A stretch of DNA of 64,000 bases from a virus. The position numbers and the translations under genes are program-made. The notes below the pieces were generated by a model that saw only the letters and a list, made by a program, of their open reading frames with translations, was not told the DNA's origin and ran no database searches. Each line of letters opens with the position of its first letter. Positions within the stretch are counted from its first letter, which is position 1. The stretch is taken from IMG/VR virus record IMGVR_UViG_3300009130_000013, positions 1-64,000 of that record; one strand, given 5' to 3'. This document shows, piece after piece, positions 36,496 to 46,865 of the stretch.

Positions 36496-36963
36496 ATGAA
36501 GAAACTATATAAACAATTAGCAACAATACTTTTTATTATGGGTATGGTAATTTCTATGCCAACGTTTGCTTATAGTGAAGGGTTTATAAGACAAGGAAAG
36601 GTTATTGATCATTATAAGATGGTTATTGATCGTGTACCTTACCAAGTTGAAGTATGCCAAAAAGTAACAGGTCAACCTGGTGCTTCATCGGCTGATGTCA
36701 TAGTTGGTGCTATAATTGGTGGTGCTGTAGGTAACCAAATTGGTAAAGGCAAAGGTAACGATGCCGCAACTATTTTGGGTGCTATTTTAGGTGCCGATAT
36801 TGCCAATAAAAGTAAACCAGGTACTACAGGTTCAACTCAATGTTTTTTAGAAACTCGTTATAATGAAACTGAAAGAAACATATACAGCCATTCTGTATTA
36901 CACTTTGAATATGCTGGACGTATGTATTCTGTTTCGTTTGTAAGAGACGGCGTTAACAACTAG
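36496..36963 (+). CDS. glycine-zipper 2TM exported protein
   Basis: GAIIGGAVGNQIGKGKGNDAATILGAILGA. Confidence 0.85.
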   Translation: MKKLYKQLATILFIMGMVISMPTFAYSEGFIRQGKVIDHYKMVIDRVPYQVEVCQKVTGQPGASSADVIVGAIIGGAVGNQIGKGKGNDAATILGAILGADIANKSKPGTTGSTQCFLETRYNETERNIYSHSVLHFEYAGRMYSVSFVRDGVNN

Positions 36964-36974
36964 TAGATAAAATT

Positions 36975-37466
36975 ATGACAATGAGTTTAGCACGTGGTCT
37001 GACCATGCTGAATACAAAAAAGCGAAAACGTAAGACTATTACGGAAAAGCAAAGATTAAAGTATAAGGCAGATCTTAAAGCACATAACAAACGTTTGAGA
37101 CAACTACATCTACATAATTCTCAAATGAACCTTGATGATTATATTGATTATGTTCAAGGTTATTATCAGCCACGTAACACATTTCAAGTCCGTAAAACAA
37201 TTACCGGGCCTATTTCCACTTCACCTAGGAGTGTAGTGTCAACGGTTAGCACGGCGGTCTCCAAAACCGCAAGTGGGGGTTCGAATCCCTCCGCTTCTGC
37301 CAACCATTCTTGGCGTAACAATTCTAACGGTGGTACTAAAGATTGGAAGGAGCAACAAGAACGTATTGAGATTAGTAAACAATATGCTATTGTTCCAGCT
37401 TATAACAAAGGCCCGTACATGGTCGTATCAAAAGAGGATTTAAAGACGGCCGGGAAGAAGGTCTGA
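36975..37466 (+). CDS. conserved phage hypothetical protein containing a nested tRNA
   Basis: Uninterrupted 163 aa ORF; basic N-terminus and C-terminal PAYNKGPYMV motif flank the tRNA. Confidence 0.7.
   Translation: MTMSLARGLTMLNTKKRKRKTITEKQRLKYKADLKAHNKRLRQLHLHNSQMNLDDYIDYVQGYYQPRNTFQVRKTITGPISTSPRSVVSTVSTAVSKTASGGSNPSASANHSWRNNSNGGTKDWKEQQERIEISKQYAIVPAYNKGPYMVVSKEDLKTAGKKV
37227..37302 (+). tRNA. tRNA-Trp(CCA), nested inside CDS 36975..37466
   Basis: AGGAGTG/CGCTTCT acceptor stem, GTGT/GCAC D stem, GCGGT-CTCCAAA-ACCGC, GGGGG-TTCGAAT-CCCTC, G discriminator plus CCA. Confidence 0.88.
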
Positions 37467-37670
37467 TTGTCCGACTCAAAAGATTCACATATATTTAAAA
37501 ATGACAGCGGTAGAAAGATTGTAAGAATTCCTGTAAAGGAATTTGTTTGTATAGGTGAAACGCCACCTATGGATCATCCACACGTTTTTTTAACTATGGG
37601 CAATAAAGATTTTATGTATTGTCCTTATTGTAGTACGAGGTATGAATATGGCGGGAATGATGAAACGTAA
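37467..37670 (+). CDS. zinc-finger CHCC-type protein
   Basis: C.G....DHPHVFL......CPYC. Confidence 0.85.
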   Translation: MSDSKDSHIFKNDSGRKIVRIPVKEFVCIGETPPMDHPHVFLTMGNKDFMYCPYCSTRYEYGGNDET

Positions 37671-38310
37671 ATTTAAAAAATGGACATATATAATCTTAGG
37701 ATTTATATTTGGATTAATATTAACATTTGTTGTAGGAACATTTTACCCTAACTTTTATGTTGTATCAAAATTACAACAACAATTTGATGATAAGATTCAA
37801 TCTGTTTGGGAAGACTTTGGTATAATAGAACCTGCTATAGAATATTCAAACAATAACGAATTTGTTTTATCTGTTAGTAAATGTATTCAATGGATAAATT
37901 TAGGCGTTAAAACACACGAAAGAATAGATAGAGAAATTATCATAGCAATGGCTGTTCTTGAAACAGGATACGGAAAGAGTAGATTTGCTAACGAAGGTAA
38001 TAACTTATTTGGTATTAGAACTTGGGATGATGAAATACCACAACTAAAACCATTAGGAAATCCTGACGTTGTTTGGGGTGTAAGAGTATACAAAACCAAG
38101 TGCCAATCAGTTCAAGATATGATAAGTACTATTAACAGACATCCAGCCTATGAACTGTTTAGAATTGAAAGAGCAAAACAGTTAGAAACAAATTCTATTA
38201 ACATTAATAAACAAATCGATCTTCTAAACAAATGGAGCACCAACCCTGACTACACAAAACTAATTAAGCAAAAGGTTATAAAGATTAAAAAAATATTAGA
38301 GAATGGGTGA
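37657..38310 (+). CDS. membrane-anchored glucosaminidase (Bax/GH73-like)
   Basis: N-terminal TM; AMAVLETGYGKSRFANEGNNLFGIR. Confidence 0.85.
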   Translation: MMKRKFKKWTYIILGFIFGLILTFVVGTFYPNFYVVSKLQQQFDDKIQSVWEDFGIIEPAIEYSNNNEFVLSVSKCIQWINLGVKTHERIDREIIIAMAVLETGYGKSRFANEGNNLFGIRTWDDEIPQLKPLGNPDVVWGVRVYKTKCQSVQDMISTINRHPAYELFRIERAKQLETNSININKQIDLLNKWSTNPDYTKLIKQKVIKIKKILENG

Positions 38311-39553
38311 ACCGATTTATAGTTTAAAAAATCTCAACACAATCCAAGTAGAACTTACAGCCAATTGTAATGCTATGTGTCCTGCTTGTGACCGGTGGGT
38401 TAGAGATACCGATAATAAAGATAAAACACTAAAGGTTGGTGACTTAAACCCTACCATTAAACCTTACCAAGGTAGTAAAGGACATTTTACTTGGGAGGCT
38501 TGGCAAAATTTATTCAATAAAGAAACATTAGCAGACTTAAGAATGATCACCTATAATGGAACTTGGGGTGATGCTATTTTACATCCTGATATATTTTCGT
38601 ATACACAACATATCATTGATACAATAAAAGAAACAGATAATAAATTTTGTGCTCTTGAAATTAGTACCAATGCTGGTTTACATTCTACAGATTGGTGGAG
38701 AGAATTAGCAAACTTAAACAAACAATTTTATCAGCCATGGAGTAAAGTTATATTTTGTATAGATGGACTTGATGATAAAACCCATCAACTATATCGTAGA
38801 GCAGTTAAGTGGGAAAAGGTTATGGAAAATGCCAAAGCATATATAGACGAAGGTGGTAGAGCTGTTTGGCAATGGTTACAATTTGATCACAATAAACATC
38901 AAACAGAACAAGCAGAGGAATTAGCAAAAGAATTAGGGTTCGCTGAATTTTGGTTAAGAGGCAGTCGAGGTGAACGTTTAGCAGTACAAAAAACAATAGC
39001 AAAATTAGGTGACGACGATACTGATATCGGAAATGTAGACGTAGCCTTGTATAATAGCAAAGCAGTAAACAGACGTGTTAAACATAATGAAGCGAAAGAG
39101 GGCTCTATATCGTATATTACAGATAAGGATAAAGTATCAGTTAATACAAAAGAAATAACATCTAAATATAAGAATTACGAAGATTATAGAGAGAATACAA
39201 CGATTTCTTGTTCCTGGGGGAACAAAGGAAAAATCAACGTGGAGTTCAACGGTTTAGTCCATCCATGTTGTTACGTTAACCACTATATGAATAACTTCTG
39301 GAGTAAAGAACTAGATGGTCATTTAGAGGGTAGCGAATATGAGATTATGACAGATAGTTATGTTGGTCATTGGAATAATTTGAACCATAACAATCTACAG
39401 AACATATTATCTCATAACTTTTATATGAACGACCTGGAGCAATCTTGGAAAAATAAGACAGGTGATTTAGAACTTCCAAGACTAGGTGTTTGTGTAAGTC
39501 ATTGTGGTGAAGGCCACGAAAACATCAGAAGTTATGATGTAAGCAAACTGTAA
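38303..39553 (+). CDS. radical SAM protein with C-terminal SPASM/Twitch domain
   Basis: CNAMCPAC; HPCC; CVSHC. Confidence 0.9.
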   Translation: MGEPIYSLKNLNTIQVELTANCNAMCPACDRWVRDTDNKDKTLKVGDLNPTIKPYQGSKGHFTWEAWQNLFNKETLADLRMITYNGTWGDAILHPDIFSYTQHIIDTIKETDNKFCALEISTNAGLHSTDWWRELANLNKQFYQPWSKVIFCIDGLDDKTHQLYRRAVKWEKVMENAKAYIDEGGRAVWQWLQFDHNKHQTEQAEELAKELGFAEFWLRGSRGERLAVQKTIAKLGDDDTDIGNVDVALYNSKAVNRRVKHNEAKEGSISYITDKDKVSVNTKEITSKYKNYEDYRENTTISCSWGNKGKINVEFNGLVHPCCYVNHYMNNFWSKELDGHLEGSEYEIMTDSYVGHWNNLNHNNLQNILSHNFYMNDLEQSWKNKTGDLELPRLGVCVSHCGEGHENIRSYDVSKL

Positions 39554-39564
39554 AGGAGAATATT

Positions 39565-39723
39565 ATGGATTATGTTACAGATAGAATGAAAGAAAAAGCA
39601 TCGCACGGTGGAGCAGGCTTAATCGCTATTGGAGTTTTAGTTTTAGTAGGCGGTAGTTTGGTACATTGGGCGGCCTGGGCCGCGATTGCCTATGGTGCTT
39701 ATCAAGTATTAAGCAAAGGCTAA
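39565..39723 (+). CDS. small two-TM membrane protein
   Basis: SD AAGGAG; MDYVTDRMKEKASHGGAGLIAIGVLVLVGG... Confidence 0.6.
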   Translation: MDYVTDRMKEKASHGGAGLIAIGVLVLVGGSLVHWAAWAAIAYGAYQVLSKG

Positions 39724-39731
39724 TTTTAACT

Positions 39732-40043
39732 ATGAGTACGTTCAAATGTATTACAAGATCGGGACGTGAATTTGATGTTGAGTACAATGAGAACGATAAC
39801 ATCATGGTGGCACTATATGATCACTTCAAAGGCGAACCTTGGGGAGACTGTGGAGGGTGTTGTATATGTGCCACCTGTCATGTTGAAATTATAAAAGGGT
39901 ATCCTAATATACCACACGAAGATGAAGAGGATACCTTAGAAGGGTCTTTTGAGAAGGTTGACAATAGCCGACTAGGTTGTCAATGTCCATTAAAAGGCAT
40001 AAAAGATAAGTCACTAGTCGTGAAAGTTCATCATATAGACTAA
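39732..40043 (+). CDS. fdx: [2Fe-2S] ferredoxin (adrenodoxin/Fdx type)
   Basis: CGGCCICATCHV...SRLGCQ. Confidence 0.9.
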   Translation: MSTFKCITRSGREFDVEYNENDNIMVALYDHFKGEPWGDCGGCCICATCHVEIIKGYPNIPHEDEEDTLEGSFEKVDNSRLGCQCPLKGIKDKSLVVKVHHID

Positions 40044-40077
40044 TAACGATAAGTATTATTAGTTAGGAATTATTAAA

Positions 40078-40410
40078 ATGATAGAAGTAACACAAAAAGC
40101 AAAAGACTATCTACTACAAGCTACAAACAGAAATGATCAACAATATGCTACTTTTTCTATAAAAGGTGGTGGTTGTAGTGGATTTACCTACGAATGGGAA
40201 TTTGCTAACGAAATAAAAGATCCTAAAGAATGGATTGAAGTACAATTAAGCGATAAATCAGATAAAAAATTAATGATAAATCGTCTCGCTGAAATGTATG
40301 TTTTAGGTAGCACAATAGACTATGTAGAAGAATTAGGTGGTTCCTTCCTAGCAATTAAGAACCCACAAGCCAAATCAAGCTGTGGCTGTGGCGATTCATT
40401 TGCTGTTTAA
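40078..40410 (+). CDS. iscA: A-type Fe-S carrier (IscA/SufA/ErpA, HesB family)
   Basis: GGGCSG...NP.AKSSCGCGDSF. Confidence 0.92.
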   Translation: MIEVTQKAKDYLLQATNRNDQQYATFSIKGGGCSGFTYEWEFANEIKDPKEWIEVQLSDKSDKKLMINRLAEMYVLGSTIDYVEELGGSFLAIKNPQAKSSCGCGDSFAV

Positions 40411-40450
40411 GAATATAAATACAATATAACATAAAAATAGGAACACGGAA

Positions 40451-41116
40451 ATGGCAAAACAAACTGTAAATCTAGGTAGTTCAGCAAATGACGGAACAGG
40501 TGATCCGTTAAGAACAGCCTTTGATAAAATTAATGATAATTTCGACGAACTATATAGTGCTGGAGCGGCCGGTACAAACTTAGACTTAACCGGAAACAGT
40601 ATAACAAGCATAGACACAAACGGCAATATTACACTTGATCCAAACGGAACAGGTAAAGTAGTAGTTAATACAGCCGCTAAACTAAACCTAGCTGACCATA
40701 ATGACCATTCCATCCTATTTACAAATACAGCAGGTGATGTTAGCAATAGCACAAAATTAACTTTTAATGCCGCAACTAGCACTTTCTCATTTGAAGATCT
40801 ATCAGTAAATGCTAGTACTATTTCATCTAATAACTCAAATCAAGATATAACACTTGACCCAGCTGGTACTGGAAGAGTAGCTGTTAACAGTTCACTAATT
40901 CCAGTTGATACAGCACAAGAAAGTTTAGGATTAGCAACTAAACAATGGTTAACTGTATTTGCTAGTACAGGTACATTTGGTACAACTAGTGCTAATTCAT
41001 CTTTACACAATCCAGGTTCGGCTCCAGGTTCACCAACAAATGGTATGATCTATTATGATAGTACAGCCCATAAATTCAAAGGCTATGCCAATGGTGCTTG
41101 GGTTGACTTACATTAA
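40451..41116 (+). CDS. baseplate/tail-fibre-connector structural protein
   Basis: T4 gp9/gp10-like N-terminus ANDGTGDPLRTAFDKINDNFDELY. Confidence 0.8.
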   Translation: MAKQTVNLGSSANDGTGDPLRTAFDKINDNFDELYSAGAAGTNLDLTGNSITSIDTNGNITLDPNGTGKVVVNTAAKLNLADHNDHSILFTNTAGDVSNSTKLTFNAATSTFSFEDLSVNASTISSNNSNQDITLDPAGTGRVAVNSSLIPVDTAQESLGLATKQWLTVFASTGTFGTTSANSSLHNPGSAPGSPTNGMIYYDSTAHKFKGYANGAWVDLH

Positions 41117-41129
41117 TAGGTAATACTTA

Positions 41130-42548
41130 ATGGCATATACAAGACAGATAGTAAACGTAGGTACAACAGCAGACGACGGTTCTGGTGATTACTTACGTGA
41201 TGCTTTAATAAAAGTTAATTCAAACTTTGAAAACTTATGGAGTGTCACAGCAGTAAATTCTGATTTAGACTTTACTGGTTCTACTATTTCGTCTGTGGTT
41301 ACTAACGAAGATATTATTTTAGATCCAGCAGGTACTGGTAAAATTATAGTAGCTAGTTCAATAGAACCACAAACAACAGCAACAGCTACATTAGGTTCAT
41401 CTAGTAAAGAATTTTCAAATGTTTATTCAGACATTGTAACAACAGATACATTAGCTTTAAATGGTTTATCTTCTGCTCCTTCAAGTCCAGCAGATGGTTA
41501 TTTGTATTATGATAGTGCTACTAAAAAGTTTGTTGGTCGTGTAGACGGTGGTTGGTTAAACGTACAAACTGTTGCCGTAGGTGCTGACAATAAATGGACA
41601 ACTTTTAATGCTGACACAGGAAGTACGGCGGCAAATACAACTACAGACGCTTTAACAATTACAGGTGGTACAGGAATTACTACAGCAATAAGTGGTGATA
41701 CAGTTACTATTACAAGTTCAAATCCTTCAGGATTAGATAATGTTGTAGAAGATACTACACCTCAACTAGGTGGTGGATTAGATACACAAGGTAATATTGT
41801 TTCAGCAAGTACTGGATACTTAAAATTTGGTGCGACATTACCTGGATCACTAGCAACTAGAACAGTTGGTCTTGGTGCTTATTTTACTTCAAATAGTGAT
41901 AACTCACAAAGACATTATTCTAGTAGTTGGATGAACAAACAAACATTAACAGCTAACGTCGATGCCAATAATAAAAAACAAGGTTGGTCATATGATAATA
42001 CTTTAGATATAGCAGGCTTTACACATGGAATTGACGATGCTACTAATTCTTCTAAAAACTGGGGCGATTATGAATATACTATTGTTACAAATTCAAGTGC
42101 TTCAGCTAAATCAATAAATGGTGTAACAGGTAGATTTGTTAAAGGTGAAATTGCTTACGATTCAACTGGAGATATTTCAGCAACTAACGTAATTGGTTTA
42201 GAAGCAGTAGGATCAACTGACACAGGCGGAACAACTACAAACTTAATTGGTGTTAAGGCTAAAACTGATAAAGGTGGTAGTACTACAGTAACAAATAGAT
42301 ATTCAATTTATGCTGATAATAGTGACGATACATTGTATAGTGTAGGTCCTATTAAAACAGATGCTAAAGTAACAACTACAAGCGATAAATTTAATGTAGC
42401 AACTAAACTTACACCTGGTTCAGCAGTAGGATCAGCTGGTGATGTTACTGGTGATATTGCTTTTGATGATGATTACATCTACTACTGTACAGCTGATCAT
42501 GACGGTTCAACAGCTATTTGGAAAAGATCAGCACTCTCTACTTGGTAA
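41130..42548 (+). CDS. baseplate/tail-fibre structural protein
   Basis: ADDGSGDYLRDALIKVNSNFENL N-terminus; DTTPQLGG.LD repeat. Confidence 0.8.
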   Translation: MAYTRQIVNVGTTADDGSGDYLRDALIKVNSNFENLWSVTAVNSDLDFTGSTISSVVTNEDIILDPAGTGKIIVASSIEPQTTATATLGSSSKEFSNVYSDIVTTDTLALNGLSSAPSSPADGYLYYDSATKKFVGRVDGGWLNVQTVAVGADNKWTTFNADTGSTAANTTTDALTITGGTGITTAISGDTVTITSSNPSGLDNVVEDTTPQLGGGLDTQGNIVSASTGYLKFGATLPGSLATRTVGLGAYFTSNSDNSQRHYSSSWMNKQTLTANVDANNKKQGWSYDNTLDIAGFTHGIDDATNSSKNWGDYEYTIVTNSSASAKSINGVTGRFVKGEIAYDSTGDISATNVIGLEAVGSTDTGGTTTNLIGVKAKTDKGGSTTVTNRYSIYADNSDDTLYSVGPIKTDAKVTTTSDKFNVATKLTPGSAVGSAGDVTGDIAFDDDYIYYCTADHDGSTAIWKRSALSTW

Positions 42549-42580
42549 AATCCTAACTATATTTTCTGATAAATACTTGT

Positions 42581-44902
42581 ATGAGTAAACCCATATGGAC
42601 AACGCCAGCGGGTAGTCTAGGAACTATCCAAGAGAACGAATATTATAGCCTTCCAATAGAATGTGATTACGGTGAAAGGCATGATATTGTTTATACCCTA
42701 CAGGCTGGCAAATTACCACAAGGATTATTAATTAGACGAGACGGTATCTTAGAAGGACAACCTACTTGTAAGGTTGATGTTGCTGGTATTCCAGTGGAAG
42801 TAGGGCAAGATGTCAAAAGCACATTTGCCATAAGGGCTTCAGCAGATGGGTTTGTAACAGATAGAACATTTGAATTAACAGTAACAGGACAAGATGCTCC
42901 TATGTTTACTACATCAGCAGGTGTTATTGGAACATTTGTAGATGGTCAAGAAGTTAATTTACAACTAACAGCACACGATCCAGACCCAGACGACACATAT
43001 ACATTTTTAAAAACATCAGGTGAATTACCACCAGGTGTTACAATGGATTCAAGTGGTAAAATTACAGGGTTTATTACACCTTCTAAAATACCTGGATCAC
43101 CTGATCCTGGTTTAGATAAAACATACTTTGACCTGTATAGTTTTGACTTCACAAACAACTATATTAGTAAAGCATATGAATGGACAGTAGCAGTAACTGA
43201 TAGTAAAGATACAGCAATAAGAACATTTGCTATTGATGTTAAAGCATCTTCTACATTAAGAGCCTCAACTGATGCCATAAAAGCCAGTAACACAATAATG
43301 ACAGCTGATTCTAGTGTTTTTCATCCACCACAAATAACAAATAAAAGTTATGTGTTTGATAATATCTTACATAGTAACAAATGGTACTTACAAGTACTTG
43401 GTTACGACTATGACGAAACACCTATAACATATAGTATTAGTTCTGGAGCACTACCATCTGGGCTATCAATTAATTCAACATCAGGTTGGATAACAGGAAA
43501 CTTACCATCTATTACTGACATCAAAAAACAATACAAGTTTACAGTAAGGGTTACAAAATCAGACAATCCAAATTACTATAGCGAAAAAGAATTTACACTT
43601 AACCTTGTAATAGATAGTGCTGTTACTCCTACATGGAAAACTCCTGCTATATTAGGAACAGTTATTAGTGGAGAACCTAGTAGACTTTATGTTGAAGCTA
43701 CAAGTACAATGTCAGAAAGTTTTTCTTACAGAATTAAATCAGGAACTAAAAGTGGATTGCCACAAGGACTACAACTAGAAACAGATGGAACAATATCTGG
43801 TGTACCTAGCTTTGGTAGTTTCTCAAATGATAATAATACTACAACATATGATAACAAGTTATTAACATTTGACAAATCATTTAAGGTTACAATCCAAGCC
43901 GTTAATGCCAACGGAAGTGTAAGGGCTGAAAGAGAATTTACAATATTAATTAAGAACGAAAACTTTAAGCCTTATGAAAATGTTTATGTTGTTAATCAAT
44001 CAACTGATGTTAATAGAACAGCTTGGTTTAATATGGTTAACAATCATGATAACATACCAAACGAATTTATATATAGACCAAACGATCCATTTTATGGTGT
44101 TGAACGAAGTCCTAAAATATTATTAGCACATGGATTATATCCTAAATTAAGTTCTGAATACATGACAGTTTTACAGAAAAACTTTTATAAAATAGACTTA
44201 AACTATGGAGAAATAAAAACAGCTCAAGCAGTTGATCCTGATACTGATAAAGTAGTATATGAAGTTGTATATGCTGAAATAGTAGATCGACACACCGAAA
44301 AGAACACAGATGGAAAACTAATCCCAGGCAATGTAAAAATTGTAGCCAATTCGGCAACTACAATTACCAGTTATAGTTCTCCTTTAACAGTTGATGAGAT
44401 AACTAAAGGTAACACTAATTTAATTACTGGTGATGTTAAAAACAAAACAATACTTTATCCAAGTGGACTTGAAATTATGCGACAAGCTATTATTTCAAGT
44501 ATTGGACATTTAGATAGTAGAGTTTTACCATTATGGATGAGAAGTGCTCAAGCAGATGGCAAGATTTTAGGTTACATACCAGCAGTTATCTTATGTTATG
44601 CTAAACCAGGCAAAGCGGCACAGATCAAGTATTATTTAGATAAAGATAAAACAATAGACTTAAAGAAACAAATATTTACTGTAGATAGATTCCTTTGGGA
44701 TAACAGTCGAAGTAAAAACTTTAATAAAACTACTCAAAAGTGGAGTACAACAACTGAAACAACATATGATGGTGATACAACTACTTTTGAGGGCTCTTAT
44801 ACCAGCTTTTTTGGTAATGTTGATAAAAGAGAACAAAATTGGAACACAGGCGATCAATATTTGAAGTTCCCGAGAGAACATATAATGGATACGCCGAACT
44901 AA
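42581..44902 (+). CDS. baseplate wedge-like protein with Ig-like (He_PIG) repeats
   Basis: Repeated G.LP.GL.l...G.i.G.P units. Confidence 0.75.
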   Translation: MSKPIWTTPAGSLGTIQENEYYSLPIECDYGERHDIVYTLQAGKLPQGLLIRRDGILEGQPTCKVDVAGIPVEVGQDVKSTFAIRASADGFVTDRTFELTVTGQDAPMFTTSAGVIGTFVDGQEVNLQLTAHDPDPDDTYTFLKTSGELPPGVTMDSSGKITGFITPSKIPGSPDPGLDKTYFDLYSFDFTNNYISKAYEWTVAVTDSKDTAIRTFAIDVKASSTLRASTDAIKASNTIMTADSSVFHPPQITNKSYVFDNILHSNKWYLQVLGYDYDETPITYSISSGALPSGLSINSTSGWITGNLPSITDIKKQYKFTVRVTKSDNPNYYSEKEFTLNLVIDSAVTPTWKTPAILGTVISGEPSRLYVEATSTMSESFSYRIKSGTKSGLPQGLQLETDGTISGVPSFGSFSNDNNTTTYDNKLLTFDKSFKVTIQAVNANGSVRAEREFTILIKNENFKPYENVYVVNQSTDVNRTAWFNMVNNHDNIPNEFIYRPNDPFYGVERSPKILLAHGLYPKLSSEYMTVLQKNFYKIDLNYGEIKTAQAVDPDTDKVVYEVVYAEIVDRHTEKNTDGKLIPGNVKIVANSATTITSYSSPLTVDEITKGNTNLITGDVKNKTILYPSGLEIMRQAIISSIGHLDSRVLPLWMRSAQADGKILGYIPAVILCYAKPGKAAQIKYYLDKDKTIDLKKQIFTVDRFLWDNSRSKNFNKTTQKWSTTTETTYDGDTTTFEGSYTSFFGNVDKREQNWNTGDQYLKFPREHIMDTPN

Positions 44903-44925
44903 ATACAGTATACGGAGAATAGAAA

Positions 44926-45696
44926 ATGGCAAGTAGTATTACACCGACTAACATAAGCGTAACTTTCCCAATAGCTGGGCAAGATAACGACTCGCAAGGG
45001 TTTAGAGATAACTTTAATAACATTAAAACTAACCTAACTTATGCTAAAACAGAATTAGAAGATATACAAGCAAAAGGTATATTTAAAAGTGCTTTAACAG
45101 GTACAACACTATCTAATGATGGTGCTGGTGCTGTTCTTGAAGACTTTGAACTTAAAGACATTTCCGAAACTAAAATTGACAAAGGTACAAACTCAGGTAC
45201 TGTAGCAATTGATTTCTCCGCAGGTCATTTCCAAACAATTCAAACAAGTGGTGATGTTACTTTAGACTTTACTAATTTTCCAGCAAGTGGTAAAATTGGT
45301 TCTGTAACAGTTGAAGTTAACGTTACTACAGCACACAAATTAGGATTACCTGCTACAGTAACTATTGGCGTTGCTGACTTGGCAGACTATAATTCAACAG
45401 CTAGAAAAATTGGGTTTGCGGCAGATGGAAAATATAGATTTAAATTTACATCATACGATGGCGGAACTTCTGTAGCAATAGAAGATCTTAATAGAGCACC
45501 AAATAGAGTACATGGTAACACATTACAACTTGTTCCAGTTCCTGGAAGTGATGTTGCTAACTTTAAAACTGTTGGTGTTGCTGGTAATAAAGCCGGAATG
45601 ATAGCCATTGATGCTGATGCTATCTATATTTGTACAGCAGATTACGATGGCTCTGCCAATATTTGGAAAAAAGCTACATTAGTAGCAAGTTCATAA
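44926..45696 (+). CDS. virion structural protein
   Basis: FPIAGQDNDSQGFRDNF N-terminus; C-terminal module shared with 41130..42548. Confidence 0.7.
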   Translation: MASSITPTNISVTFPIAGQDNDSQGFRDNFNNIKTNLTYAKTELEDIQAKGIFKSALTGTTLSNDGAGAVLEDFELKDISETKIDKGTNSGTVAIDFSAGHFQTIQTSGDVTLDFTNFPASGKIGSVTVEVNVTTAHKLGLPATVTIGVADLADYNSTARKIGFAADGKYRFKFTSYDGGTSVAIEDLNRAPNRVHGNTLQLVPVPGSDVANFKTVGVAGNKAGMIAIDADAIYICTADYDGSANIWKKATLVASS

Positions 45697-45757
45697 TAAA
45701 AAATACTTGACTTTGTAACCTCTTTGATGCTATAATAGTATTTTATGGAGGCTATAG

Positions 45758-46165
45758 ATGACAACCATCTTAAACAACTATTCAAAATTTGTTGAAACTG
45801 TCACAAGCGAAGAAGCAAATGACACAAATACCCTTATAGATAAACTTAAAGAGATAGAAGCATCTTCGGGAGTAAACTTGGCTTTACTTATGAATGGTGC
45901 GATTGGTATCTCATCAGAAGGAGGAGAATTCAGTGAAATTGTTAAAAAATGTGTGTTCCAAGGTAAGCCACTTAACGATGAAACTATATTTCATTGTAAA
46001 CGAGAACTTGGTGATATTATTTGGTATTGGAGTAATTGCTGTAGGGCTCTTGGCTTGGACCCAAATAAAGTCATAGAAGAAAATATAAACAAACTATCAA
46101 GTCGTTACCCAGGCGGTTCATTTGATGTATATCATTCTGAAAATAGAAAAGAGGGAGACCTATAA
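45758..46165 (+). CDS. mazG: MazG-like nucleoside triphosphate pyrophosphohydrolase
   Basis: EGGEFSEIVKK...ELGDIIWY...NINKLSSRYP. Confidence 0.9.
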   Translation: MTTILNNYSKFVETVTSEEANDTNTLIDKLKEIEASSGVNLALLMNGAIGISSEGGEFSEIVKKCVFQGKPLNDETIFHCKRELGDIIWYWSNCCRALGLDPNKVIEENINKLSSRYPGGSFDVYHSENRKEGDL

Positions 46166-46443
46166 TGTTTAATCCACTCGCTCCTAATCTAGATGATTAC
46201 AGCATAGATGATTTAACTAAAAGATTATCCCAACTAAATGCTAGACTATCTGGTGCTATTAAAAGTGGTAACCCTACTGTAGCACAACAGGTAAGAGTAT
46301 TAATAATGGAAGCTTCTGAAGAACTTGCTAAACGTAACAGAGATTTAATGAAAAAAACACAAGAAGAAATGAATAAGGGTAAAGAACCTGTAAGAAAAGA
46401 TCTTGACCCTGAAAACACAGACCCAATGGATATAGGCGAATGA
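46165..46443 (+). CDS. hypothetical protein
   Basis: TAATG coupling. Confidence 0.7.
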   Translation: MFNPLAPNLDDYSIDDLTKRLSQLNARLSGAIKSGNPTVAQQVRVLIMEASEELAKRNRDLMKKTQEEMNKGKEPVRKDLDPENTDPMDIGE

Positions 46444-46682
46444 AAGGAATCAGAGCACACAAACGGAAACCAAAAGAAAAAGATTTCTTAGAAGAAGCCG
46501 AAAAGGAGAAAAGAGAATTGAACGAATCTTATCAAGAGTCAAAACGACAAACTAAAGAAAGAAAATATCAAAACCTAGCTGACTGTATTAGATCCGATCA
46601 GTTATCAGCAAGACAAGTAGTACAAGAAATGGAAGCTGATCCTGAGTTTAAAGAATGGTACAAAAAAAGGTACTTAAAATGA
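46440..46682 (+). CDS. hypothetical protein
   Basis: ATGA coupling; LADCIRSDQLS motif. Confidence 0.6.
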   Translation: MKGIRAHKRKPKEKDFLEEAEKEKRELNESYQESKRQTKERKYQNLADCIRSDQLSARQVVQEMEADPEFKEWYKKRYLK

Positions 46683-46865
46683 CAACAAAGCCATTTAAAA
46701 AAATGTGGCAATTAAGAATTCCATTTCCTGATATGCCAGAGTTATGGCAAGATTGGAATTGGGAATACAATAAAGAAGAAGCAAAAGCAAACATTGAGAA
46801 AAAAATGAAAGCATGGCGTGAAAGCGAAGGCGGTAAAAAGTTTTTTAAACATTTTGGTAACAGAT

